From positions 90,001 to 122,000 of the forward strand of contig CAZKBG010000001.1 in NCBI GenBank assembly GCA_964551375.1: a DNA stretch of 32,000 nucleotides, written 5' to 3'. Under the pieces are notes generated by a model. The model made no database searches and was not told the origin of the DNA. It worked only from the letters and a program-made list of their open reading frames with translations. Source of the DNA: an uncultured archaeon (GTDB taxonomy: Archaea; Iainarchaeota; Iainarchaeia; Iainarchaeales; JAAZKV01). Of the stretch, positions 9,216 through 17,430 are shown piece after piece. Numbering within the stretch: position 1 is the first letter of the stretch; each line of letters begins with the position of its first letter. The position numbers were made by a program, and so were the translations under genes.

Positions 9216-9875
9216 ATGCGAAGTGAATATGCTGACAAAATGATAACCGACTTGTCGGCAAGGAAAATTCCCCGTGTGGAAACTGTTTCTGGAGTAATGA
9301 TTTCAATTACTTCTAATTCAGTTTATCCTCCAAAAGGAACTGTTTCTGAAGCAGTTGCAAGCGCAATACCAAAAATACTAAAGAGATACACTAATCCGAG
9401 GGTTCTTGATTATGGATGCGGAACTGGATTTTTAGGAATAGTTTCCGCAAAATACGGCGCAAAAGTAACTGCGCTTGATTTATCCCCGGATGCTATTGAA
9501 CACACCTCAACAAATATGGTTCTTAACGGCGTTGATTTTGATGTGCGCTACAGCGACGGCTTCTCCGCACTACTTGGAACAGAAAAATTTGATTTAATCC
9601 TTGCGGTTCTTCCCTTTGAGGAAGCAAAGCCAAATACCCAGCTTGAAGTTGCATTTTATGATGAAAACTCAGTTGCAAAAAATACTCTTTTTGCAAATGC
9701 AAAAAAACATTTGACAAAAGAAGGCACAATTTTGTTTGTGTATTCCGACAGGATGCAAAAAATACTTCCAATGGAAACATTTGTGAAAGGATTTAATTTT
9801 AAAAAAATAGTTTCAAGCACAGTAATGGGCGATAATTACTTTGTGGTTCAATTAACTCCAAAAACTTTTTACTAA
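9216..9875 (+). CDS. Class I SAM-dependent methyltransferase (PrmC/MTS-like)
   Basis: VLDYGCGTGFLGIVSAKYGAKVTALDLSPDAIEHTSTNMVLNG. The post-motif is AVLPFE where NPPY/F would be typical. Confidence 0.8.
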   Translation: MRSEYADKMITDLSARKIPRVETVSGVMISITSNSVYPPKGTVSEAVASAIPKILKRYTNPRVLDYGCGTGFLGIVSAKYGAKVTALDLSPDAIEHTSTNMVLNGVDFDVRYSDGFSALLGTEKFDLILAVLPFEEAKPNTQLEVAFYDENSVAKNTLFANAKKHLTKEGTILFVYSDRMQKILPMETFVKGFNFKKIVSSTVMGDNYFVVQLTPKTFY

Positions 9876-9904
9876 AATAAATGCTGATTATTTATAACTG
9901 TTAA

Positions 9905-10543
9905 TTATTTCAGCACATCCCCAGTCTCATTGCTCCAGAAGATTAAATCAAGCTCCGCAAAGCTAAGCTTATGCTTTAAGCAGAATTCACTCATTTTATT
10001 CTCAATTTCAAGATATTTTTTCTTTGTAATCGTTTTTGGAAGTGCATCAATAACTCCGCATTTAACAAGATTCTTCAAAATATGCCTGTCAAGTATAGCC
10101 ACATGCTCTCCAAAGCCAATATTTCTCAAAAAGTGAGATGCTTCTTTGTACCCATATCCGTTAACTTCGCTTACCAAAAACTCCCTGCATTTAATAGGCG
10201 CATTAGGAAGCCCAGCTTCTTGAAGGATTTTATTTACTTTATTCACAGCAAATTTTTTTTGAACTTCAACAAGCCGCAAAGCCTTGGTTCTGAAAAATCT
10301 AACATTTTTTAAAAAAGGTTCTTTATCCTTGGCAGTTCCTTTAGTCAACAAGTTATGTTGTTTTAGAAGATTAATAGTTTTAATTGCCTGCTTTGCAGAG
10401 CTTTGGGGGGTGAGAATGCAAAAGCAAAGCTCCTCATAAACTTTTTCGTTTGAATTCCAATTTGATTTAAACTCATTAAGCGCTTTGTCAATTTTTGCGC
10501 TGATTTCACCTCTTGCAATGCAGATTTGGGGTTTCATGCACAA
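9905..10543 (-). CDS. ogg: N-glycosylase/DNA lyase, archaeal Ogg2-like 8-oxoguanine DNA glycosylase
   Basis: HhH-GPD-like segment NGYGYKEASHFLRNIGFGEHVAILDRHILKNLV and C-terminal LDLIFWSNETGDVLK, as in the short archaeal Ogg2 family. Confidence 0.8.
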   Translation of the reverse strand: MCMKPQICIARGEISAKIDKALNEFKSNWNSNEKVYEELCFCILTPQSSAKQAIKTINLLKQHNLLTKGTAKDKEPFLKNVRFFRTKALRLVEVQKKFAVNKVNKILQEAGLPNAPIKCREFLVSEVNGYGYKEASHFLRNIGFGEHVAILDRHILKNLVKCGVIDALPKTITKKKYLEIENKMSEFCLKHKLSFAELDLIFWSNETGDVLK

Positions 10544-10658
10544 CTCCAGTTTTGGTTGTTGTTTAAAACCTTCTCCCTGGATTATTAGTACATTATTCGA
10601 ATAGGACTTCTGCCGAGTAATTTATAAACAAATTAAGTTCTCAATATATAGAGCAGTT

Positions 10659-11366
10659 TTGGGTGATAAGTTGATTGAATCAATAGCATTTATCCCTGAC
10701 GGGAACAGAAGATATGCTAAAACCGCAGGCATATCATACGCTCAAAGTTACTTGATTGGAACACAAAAAGCATGGGATGTAATTGATTGGATAAAAAAAT
10801 ACCCTTCAATAAAGAACGGAGTGTTTTACACATTTTCTTTAAAAAACTTTGAACGCTCAAAAGCAGAGCTTTCAGTGTTAATGAAAATTTTTGAGCATGA
10901 GCTTGACAGGGTAAAGAAGCACAAAATCATAACAGAAAATGGGATAAAATTAAAATTCATTGGGAGAAAAGAAGTATTTTCAAAAAAACTGCAGACAAAA
11001 ATGAATGAGGTTGAAGAATATACTTCACAATTCGATTCAAAAACAATTTACCTTGCGCTTGGCTATGACGGACAGGCTGAAATAGTTGATGCGAGCAAGA
11101 AATTTGCGCAGGATGTAAAGAGCGGCAAAATTTCGCTTAACGAACTTGACACTAAAACATTCCAGCATTATTTATACGCTGATTTTAAAGCGCCTGATTT
11201 GATTGTGAGAACCTCAAAAGAACAGCGCTTGAGCGGATTTTTAACTTACCAAAGCTCTTATTCAGAACTTTCCTTCATTAACAAGTACTGGCCGGAGTTA
11301 AAAGAAAAAGATGTTGATAAAGTAATTCACGACTTTGAAAACAGAGAAAGAAGATTTGGAAAGTAA
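10659..11366 (+). CDS. uppS: Cis-prenyltransferase (undecaprenyl/polyprenyl diphosphate synthase family)
   Basis: IAFIPDGNRRYAKTAG and PDLIVRTSKEQRLSGFLTYQSSYSELSF are UPP synthase family motifs; TTG start; TTTATAAA box at about 10620-10628. Confidence 0.85.
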   Translation: MGDKLIESIAFIPDGNRRYAKTAGISYAQSYLIGTQKAWDVIDWIKKYPSIKNGVFYTFSLKNFERSKAELSVLMKIFEHELDRVKKHKIITENGIKLKFIGRKEVFSKKLQTKMNEVEEYTSQFDSKTIYLALGYDGQAEIVDASKKFAQDVKSGKISLNELDTKTFQHYLYADFKAPDLIVRTSKEQRLSGFLTYQSSYSELSFINKYWPELKEKDVDKVIHDFENRERRFGK

Positions 11367-11403
11367 TTGCCTATTTTGTTCTTTTTTAATTAAAAAATAG
11401 AAA

Positions 11404-11476
11404 TAGCCCCTCCCAGATTCGAACTGGGGTCTGGAGATCCAGAGTCTCCCATCCTTGGCCACTAGACGAAGGGGCT
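11404..11476 (-). tRNA. tRNA-Gln(CTG), 73 nt, no intron
   Basis: Minus strand: AGCCCCTTCGTCTAGTGGCCAAGGATGGGAGACTCTGGATCTCCAGACCCCAGTTCGAATCTGGGAGGGGCTA. Acceptor AGCCCCT/AGGGGCT, anticodon arm GGAGA-CTCTGGA-TCTCC, T arm CCCAG-TTCGAAT-CTGGG. Confidence 0.95.
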
Positions 11477-11540
11477 ATTAATACTGATTTAGTTCGCTCT
11501 GCGAACATATAATCCCTTCGGCTATTTTTTCGCAAGCCTT

Positions 11541-11554
11541 TTATCAAAAGGCTT
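11541..11554. other. Flank region of a perfect hairpin AAGCCTTTT-ATC-AAAAGGCTT (11534-11554)
   Basis: 9-bp perfect inverted repeat with a 3-nt loop, directly abutting the partial tRNA repeat. Confidence 0.7.
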
Positions 11555-11570
11555 CTAGACGAAGGGGCTA
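11555..11570 (-). repeat. Partial duplicate of the tRNA-Gln 5' end
   Basis: CTAGACGAAGGGGCTA occurs exactly at 11462-11477 (tRNA 5' end plus 1 base) and 11555-11570; the second copy does not continue into a tRNA. Confidence 0.85.
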
Positions 11571-11644
11571 ATCAGCGCTTAGCGCTAATACAAGACTAGA
11601 GTTTGAGAAAATTTATAAAGCAGATTATTGGGTGTTTTTTGACG

Positions 11645-12793
11645 TCAGCTAGTCATGAATTTTAAGAAAGTGCCCGCAAGGAAGAAGTACTTGGGGTTAG
11701 TTGCAAGTTTGCCGATGAATTTTCCCGGCTCGTCCATATCCCCTTCTTTCTCAAGGAATTCTTCAATTCCCTTCTGTTTTAATTTTAAGAATAAATCATC
11801 AATTTCTTTTGAGGAAAGAGAGTTAAGGTATTTTCTAATCTTCCAGTGCAGTTTTAATTCCTTATTTATTTTATCCATTTTCTTTTCATAATCCGCAAGC
11901 ATTGTTTTATTCTTAACTGCAGCAGCAACAACATCTCCAAGCAAAAGGGCTGATTTCATTCCAAATATCACTCCGCCCCCAGTGGTTGCTTTAGTCTGAA
12001 AAGCCGCATCTCCCACAATTGCAAGATTATCTTTTGAAATGCCGCTAAGAGGAGGCCCGCATGGAACAAGAGCTGAATCAACTTTGTATATTCTTGCATT
12101 AGGAAGCCTTTGTTTAACAAAAGCCCTAAATCTCTCATTAACATCCTCTCCAAGAGTTGTTCCAATCCCTACTTTTGCTTTCTCCGCGCTTATTGGCACA
12201 ACCCAAGCAAAAAAGCCTTTTGCGAACTCGTTTAAGTGAACCTCAACCATGTCTTTTTCAAATTCTCCGCTAAGAGTCGCCTGCATGGTGTGGACAAAGT
12301 TTTCTTTAGGAGCTTTTATTCCAAGAAGGTGCCTTACTGTTGAATTAACTCCGTCAGCTCCGATTATGTACTCTGCTTTTCTTAATTCGCCCCTGTTTTC
12401 AGACTGGACAAAAAGCGTGTTCTTCCTCACATCAATAAGCTTAGTGTTAGTTGCAACGTGGATATTGTGAAGCCGAGCTTTCCTTACAAGCATTTCATCA
12501 AACTTTTTTCTATCCACAACATACGCCACAGTTTCTTTTCGCTTAATTTTCAGCATGTGCCCTGAAGGAGAAAATATTTTTGCGCCTTTAATTTCGTTTT
12601 GAAGCGAGTCGCTTGGGGCAAGTCCCAAATCCTCAACGCCTTTTTTTGAAATAAGCCCTGAACAGTGCACAGGCTCTCCGACATTATCATGCTCTTCAAA
12701 AACAGTTGCGTCAATTCCGAGCTCTTTGATTCTTAACGCCGCCATGAGCCCTGCAGGCCCCGCGCCGATTATTGCAACTGTATTTAGCCCCAA
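11645..12793 (-). CDS. Geranylgeranyl reductase family protein (digeranylgeranylglycerophospholipid reductase-like)
   Basis: MGLNTVAIIGAGPAGLMAALRIKELGIDATVFEEHDNVGEPVHCSGLIS and GLSKDNLAIVGDAAFQTKATTGGGVIFGM-type FAD signatures (actual sequence GISKDNLAIVGDAAFQTKATTGGGVIFGMKSALL). Confidence 0.9.
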   Translation of the reverse strand: MGLNTVAIIGAGPAGLMAALRIKELGIDATVFEEHDNVGEPVHCSGLISKKGVEDLGLAPSDSLQNEIKGAKIFSPSGHMLKIKRKETVAYVVDRKKFDEMLVRKARLHNIHVATNTKLIDVRKNTLFVQSENRGELRKAEYIIGADGVNSTVRHLLGIKAPKENFVHTMQATLSGEFEKDMVEVHLNEFAKGFFAWVVPISAEKAKVGIGTTLGEDVNERFRAFVKQRLPNARIYKVDSALVPCGPPLSGISKDNLAIVGDAAFQTKATTGGGVIFGMKSALLLGDVVAAAVKNKTMLADYEKKMDKINKELKLHWKIRKYLNSLSSKEIDDLFLKLKQKGIEEFLEKEGDMDEPGKFIGKLATNPKYFFLAGTFLKFMTS

Positions 12794-12869
12794 TATAACA
12801 CCTATCTAATAATGGCTGTTGAGGTTTTAAAGTTTCTCTTTTGAAAATAAGTTTTGAATATAAACAAAG

Positions 12870-12903
12870 GAACTTGGCTTTTATTTTTTGTAAAAGCCAG
12901 TTC
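12870..12903 (-). terminator. Stem-loop downstream of the 926-aa surface protein gene, possible transcript end
   Basis: Minus strand GAACTGGCTTTTA-loop-TAAAAGCCAAGTTC, one bulge, 20 nt after the stop codon. Confidence 0.4.
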
Positions 12904-12924
12904 TTTTATTTAATTTTTATTTTG

Positions 12925-15690
12925 TCATGGCTTATTTGCTTCCCATTTCTTTGCTTCGGGTTTTTGTTCAGGAGTAAAGCGATCAATTATTGATTTCTTT
13001 GCCCCAAAACCATGCGCTCCGCTTCCGCCTTTGAATTTAATGAAAAATACTACTACTAAAACTATTATTATAATGATTATAATCACTGCGATTATCATCA
13101 TTGTTCCATCATCAACAAGAGGGGTTCTTGTTAAATCTGCCGCGCTGCTTGTCCCTTCAATTAATAATGGAGGCGCTTCAAATTTAGCTATTACATTTGT
13201 TGCAATTAATGCTTTTGCAGCATCGCTTGTCATTTCTCCAAGACCATACCTTACCGTAGCCTTAGCTCCTTTTGCAACATCAACAGTGAACTCCACAACA
13301 GGATCGTCCTTGATTATTGACCATGAGTGGCTTACCATCTTGATTTTCTTTGCGCTGTCCAAAAGTTCTTTTGGAATATATTCAACAATTTTAACTTTTC
13401 CAGATTCTGTGTTGTTTGTGAACTCAATCTCAACTTTTACCTGAACTGTGTTTGAGTCCCCAGTTTCAACTATTACAAGTCTTCTTGCCATCTTAGCTCC
13501 GTTAACTGTCTGCGCAATAGTTTTTGCATTCTGCGCAGGTATTCCAAGAGCAGTAATCAGATTTTCAGTATTTGCATTATCGAATGTATAATTTGCTATA
13601 TTTGCGTCCCTAAAGTTAGTTGATGCTTTGAATTCATCATATAATGAATTTGCAAGCGTTGCTTTTACAAGCGCATTTGCGGGAGCTGTAACTAAATCCT
13701 CTTCAGCTTCAGCAAGGGCTTCATCAGCGCTCGCTTTTTTTGTTCTCATGCTTTCAGAAATTACAAGCCCGAGCGACTTTGCATTATCCAAAACTCGTTG
13801 AGCATCGCTTTTCTTAATATTAGCCTGTGAAATTTTCAAAGCAGCATCCTCGTTTGAAGGAAGCGCGTTTGAAATTGTGATGGTCCTTGTTATTTCTCTT
13901 GAGTTTCCTGCTTTATCAGAAACTTTTGCGCTTAAAGAATAGCTTCCATTTTTGAAATTGTGTGTGTTTAAGTCAATATAGAATATGTTTGTAACTGAAG
14001 TATCCCTTGTCGAGCTTATTTTTCCGCCGTTGAAATCGAATTCAACTTTTTCAATTAATTCAGTATCAATTGCGGTAACTCCGACTTTTTTTGCTCCAAT
14101 AAATGTCGCGTTTGTGTCATTCCATGAAATTGAAGGCGGGTTGTTGTCAATTGTTACATAAAGTAAATTTGATGTTGTCCTCCCGCTTTCTTCGCACCAG
14201 AAGTTTATTCTCTTGTATCCATTGCTTCCTGAATTAATTGACAGGCTTTGCGAGATTACATTAACACTGCTTGTGTTTGAAGCAAGCTGTGTTGTTGTCC
14301 CAGTCGGATCAAGATACTGGTAAAATATTTTTCCGCTTGTTGTGTTCTGCGAGTAAGTGCATTCAACAGCCAGACTGTCTCCGTTTTTTGCATAATCCGT
14401 AGCTGCGCCAAGTCTTTTTACAGTAATTGTCGCGGTTGTTGAAATAGGAATTACAGTAACTTCATTGCTTGAAATGCTTTCATTTCCTGCCCCGTCTCTT
14501 GTATGAATCCTGAATTTGTAATCAGTGTCATTAGTGAGTCCGGTTGCGGTGTAAGTTACAGTTGATGCGCTGTTTACTCTGTCAAAATAAGTAAATGCTC
14601 CCGCTCCGATTGCTCTGTAAATATTATATCCTGCGTTTCCTGAATTATTATCAGCTGCGCTTGGAGCCGTCCAGTTTAGAACTGCGCTGCCGTTGCCTGC
14701 CGTTATAGTTAAGCTTGTTGGAGCGCTTGGAGCAACGCTGTCATACAAAACATATGTTGTGTGAAGATTAGCATCAATATTTCCAACAGCATCTTTGAAC
14801 TGAACATAAACATCCTTGTTCCAGTCTGATTTTGCAGTGCATCCATAAGTTGTGTCATTAATGTTAAAATCAGAGTATGTTGTTGCATAAGTAATCCATG
14901 AAGTCCAAGATGAGTTATTGCATGATAATCTCATCAAAACTCCCGGCCAAGCATGCGAATTGCTGATGCTAAAAGAAGGTTTTTCGCTGTTAGTCCACCC
15001 TGAATAGCTTATGCTTCCAGAAGTAGGAGCAAGTGTGTCGATAGTAAAAGTAAAACTTCCGCTTGCCGCGTTTCCCAAGGCATCATTAACATCATATGCT
15101 ACAGTGTGTGTTCCTTCGCTCATGTTGTTTATAACAAATGTTGCAGGGCTTGTTGCTGTGCTTACTTGGTGGTTTGAATCCACGCTTACTTTTATCATTG
15201 AAATACTGCTAAAATTATCGCTGAATGCGAGACTGAAATTAAAATCAGCTTTGTTATAATCAGTGCTTGCTACTGGATATGTTGTTCCAATAACAGGCGC
15301 AGTTTGGTCATCAATTGCCCATGCTCCGCGATAAGCATAAGTTGGAACATCTGTGTTCCCATCCAAAAGAACCGCCCAAATTGAATTGTTCCTGTCATTT
15401 GACCAAAGGCTTGCGTCATAAGTTGAAACTGATACAGTCATTGGGGTTCCATTAAAGTCAATAAAATTTGCGCATGAAGCGGGCTGCGATGCGGAATAAG
15501 TGAAACAAACTTTATTGTTATCCGCTCCGCCGTCAGTTGTAAGAACTAAAGTAATATCGGAAGAATTTTTGTTTACTATTGTTCCGTTTAATACATTTGC
15601 CCCTTCCTTTATTTCCAGATTTGTTATTCCAAGGGAAAAAACAGTTGCTGATACTAATACTAACGCTGCCAATAGTGCCCAAAATTTCAT
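12925..15690 (-). CDS. Large exported multi-domain surface protein with Ig-like/fibronectin type III region and C-terminal TM anchor
   Basis: N-terminal signal MKFWALLAALVLVSATVFS; FN3-like SAPTSLTITAGNGSAVLNWTAPS...YNIYRAIGAGAFTYFDRV...TDYKFRIHTRDGAGNES; C-terminal TMMIIAVIIIIIIIVLVVVFFIKF. Start at 15690 chosen for the upstream GGAAGTGA. Confidence 0.88.
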   Translation of the reverse strand: MKFWALLAALVLVSATVFSLGITNLEIKEGANVLNGTIVNKNSSDITLVLTTDGGADNNKVCFTYSASQPASCANFIDFNGTPMTVSVSTYDASLWSNDRNNSIWAVLLDGNTDVPTYAYRGAWAIDDQTAPVIGTTYPVASTDYNKADFNFSLAFSDNFSSISMIKVSVDSNHQVSTATSPATFVINNMSEGTHTVAYDVNDALGNAASGSFTFTIDTLAPTSGSISYSGWTNSEKPSFSISNSHAWPGVLMRLSCNNSSWTSWITYATTYSDFNINDTTYGCTAKSDWNKDVYVQFKDAVGNIDANLHTTYVLYDSVAPSAPTSLTITAGNGSAVLNWTAPSAADNNSGNAGYNIYRAIGAGAFTYFDRVNSASTVTYTATGLTNDTDYKFRIHTRDGAGNESISSNEVTVIPISTTATITVKRLGAATDYAKNGDSLAVECTYSQNTTSGKIFYQYLDPTGTTTQLASNTSSVNVISQSLSINSGSNGYKRINFWCEESGRTTSNLLYVTIDNNPPSISWNDTNATFIGAKKVGVTAIDTELIEKVEFDFNGGKISSTRDTSVTNIFYIDLNTHNFKNGSYSLSAKVSDKAGNSREITRTITISNALPSNEDAALKISQANIKKSDAQRVLDNAKSLGLVISESMRTKKASADEALAEAEEDLVTAPANALVKATLANSLYDEFKASTNFRDANIANYTFDNANTENLITALGIPAQNAKTIAQTVNGAKMARRLVIVETGDSNTVQVKVEIEFTNNTESGKVKIVEYIPKELLDSAKKIKMVSHSWSIIKDDPVVEFTVDVAKGAKATVRYGLGEMTSDAAKALIATNVIAKFEAPPLLIEGTSSAADLTRTPLVDDGTMMIIAVIIIIIIIVLVVVFFIKFKGGSGAHGFGAKKSIIDRFTPEQKPEAKKWEANKP

Positions 15691-15780
15691 TAAATTCACT
15701 TCCAAAATTTGTATTTATTAGTGCTTAATCATTTATTAATGTTTTTAGCCCGTTTTTGCGAGGCAAATATGAATCAGAAT

Positions 15781-16014
15781 TTATTTGAAGTAGTTAATTA
15801 ATTCTTCCCGGGTTAATTTGGCCTGATTTAAAATTCCTTTTAGAGTTCCTGGGTCAATTGATTTGTGAATTGGCACTACAGTTGTTATTTTGCCAGTTAA
15901 TGTGTGTTTTACTAAAACTATGTGGCTTCCTTTTTGCCTGGTTGTAGAAAATCCATTTTGTTCAAGAAATTTTATGAGTTCTATTCCTGAAAGAATTGGT
16001 AATTTCATTTGCAT
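15781..16014 (-). CDS. hicA: HicA-like mRNA interferase toxin
   Basis: LPILSGIELIKFLEQNGFSTTRQKGSHIVLVKH...TTVVPIHKSIDPGTLKGILNQAKLTREELINYF is the canonical HicA fold with the catalytic His in GSH. Confidence 0.92.
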   Translation of the reverse strand: MQMKLPILSGIELIKFLEQNGFSTTRQKGSHIVLVKHTLTGKITTVVPIHKSIDPGTLKGILNQAKLTREELINYFK

Positions 16015-16018
16015 CAGT

Positions 16019-16270
16019 TTACCCAGTAAGTGTTACTGAGCATACTTTTGCTTTTTTTAGAGTACTTTCTTTTAGTTTGGTAGGCATATTTTCTTCTTCA
16101 AGAAATAATTCAATTGCTTCTTTTATATTTGCTAATGCTTCTTTTTCAGTATTTCCTTGGCTTACTACGCCAAGTTTTGGGCATTCTGCAACAAAAGCAA
16201 TTTCTCCTTTTTTGATTATTACTTGGTACTCTTTTTCCATGTTATCAAGCATATTATCGCCCGAACACAT
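16019..16270 (-). CDS. hicB: HicB-like antitoxin (short form)
   Basis: YQVIIKKGEIAFVAECPKLGVVSQGNTEKEALANIKEAIELFLEE; located 4 nt upstream of hicA. Start could be 16270, 16252 or 16240. Confidence 0.88.
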   Translation of the reverse strand: MCSGDNMLDNMEKEYQVIIKKGEIAFVAECPKLGVVSQGNTEKEALANIKEAIELFLEEENMPTKLKESTLKKAKVCSVTLTG

Positions 16271-16315
16271 AATAAAACAATCTTTTTATTTTTAGGATTT
16301 AAACTAATCAGCTAT

Positions 16316-16333
16316 TTTCGACTATTGTCGAAA
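16316..16333 (-). terminator. Perfect stem-loop directly abutting the truD stop codon
   Basis: TTTCGAC-AATA-GTCGAAA on the minus strand, 7-bp stem, adjacent to stop codon at 16334-16336. Confidence 0.4.
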
Positions 16334-17362
16334 CTATTTTTTGTTTTTTTCAAGCCAAGCGGAGAGGAATTTTAAAAATACGGTTGCATATTCTCCCCTT
16401 CCAAGTTCAAAGTTCAGTTCAAATATATTATCCTTCACATTCCTTGCGTTAAATTTTCCTGCAGAAGTGAATGTTCTTCTAACTAGTGTTCCTTTTCTGA
16501 AATTTTTCTCAAATTCAGTAGGTTCAATTGTTAATTCTCTTGTGAATGCTTTTGAGGAACTCATAGCAAATTGGGGTTTGTCATCATTTTGCCCAACTAT
16601 TTGAGCATAAATATTATCTGGTTTTCTTTCTTTAGCAAGTTCATTTAATTTTTCATTAAATCTCATAGCCTGCGCGGTTTTAACTAAAATTTTCACGCTC
16701 TTTGGCTCGGCATGCAAAAAAGCTCCCTTAAAATCAAGAGGGTTCTTTTTCAAATATTCAAACAAAATAACTTTCTTTGTTTCCTTAACTTCAACATCCT
16801 GCATTATCTTTTCCCAATTTCCCCAATTCTTCAAAACAATTTCCTTGATTTTAGCGCTTTTAGGAGTATCAAACTTGCTTGCCTTCGTTACAAAAACTTT
16901 TAACGCGTTTTCATAATCGCCTTTAGCAATTAATCTCGCTGATTCAACGTTGTTTTTTGAAAACCTCTGCTCGCCAAAGTAATTGCATACCAGTTCATTA
17001 CTTGCCTTAAAATGCTTAATTGCCTTTAAATCCCCTTCTTCAAATTCCACAGTTACATTAAACACATTCCCTTTATGTTTCCCGACAAAAATTCTTTCAT
17101 TAGAATTTCCCCTAAATTTAATTTTAAAATCAGGCTCATTCACTTCCTCAACAGGCTCCTCAGTGCAAAACCACTGCTTAGTGCTTGCATTCTTGTCCTT
17201 AACCCCGCAAAACCAAGCCTTAACTCCAATTCTCTTCTTAGCTTCCTTATGGCTGATTCCTTCTTTATCAAGAATATAATAGTAATATTTCCCGCTATTT
17301 CCAAGCGTTGGGTTAAACAGCTCTCTAACTGAAAAAGTTTCTGGATTAAGTTTATACTTCAT
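16334..17362 (-). CDS. truD: tRNA pseudouridine(13) synthase TruD
   Basis: WFCGVKDKNASTKQWF (TruD GxKD motif with catalytic Asp) and NELVCNYFGEQRFSKNN (NYFGxQRF). Confidence 0.93.
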   Translation of the reverse strand: MKYKLNPETFSVRELFNPTLGNSGKYYYYILDKEGISHKEAKKRIGVKAWFCGVKDKNASTKQWFCTEEPVEEVNEPDFKIKFRGNSNERIFVGKHKGNVFNVTVEFEEGDLKAIKHFKASNELVCNYFGEQRFSKNNVESARLIAKGDYENALKVFVTKASKFDTPKSAKIKEIVLKNWGNWEKIMQDVEVKETKKVILFEYLKKNPLDFKGAFLHAEPKSVKILVKTAQAMRFNEKLNELAKERKPDNIYAQIVGQNDDKPQFAMSSSKAFTRELTIEPTEFEKNFRKGTLVRRTFTSAGKFNARNVKDNIFELNFELGRGEYATVFLKFLSAWLEKNKK

Positions 17363-17430
17363 AATTAATCATTGGTTCATTAAGTAAAATTTGGTTAATT
17401 AAGTATATAAAGGCTGAATTTGTGGTTTTT

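Noticed and set aside
8861-9238. 125-aa minus-strand ORF overlapping the hypothetical gene at 8706-9119
   Set aside because: Mostly a frame-shifted reading of the low-complexity coding region and runs across the divergent promoter gap; the 8706-9119 frame is better supported.
11404-11588. Possible integrated mobile element bounded by the 16-bp tRNA repeat
   Set aside because: The interval between copies is only 77 bp with no integrase or ORF, so it cannot be a present element; only a scar or duplication is tenable.
13031-13444. 137-aa plus-strand ORF antisense to the 926-aa protein (MNLMKNTTTKTIIIMIIITAIIIIVPSS...)
   Set aside because: Its hydrophobic stretch is the complement of the Ile-rich TM codons of the real gene (ATT/ATA read as AAT/TAT and shifted); no independent support.
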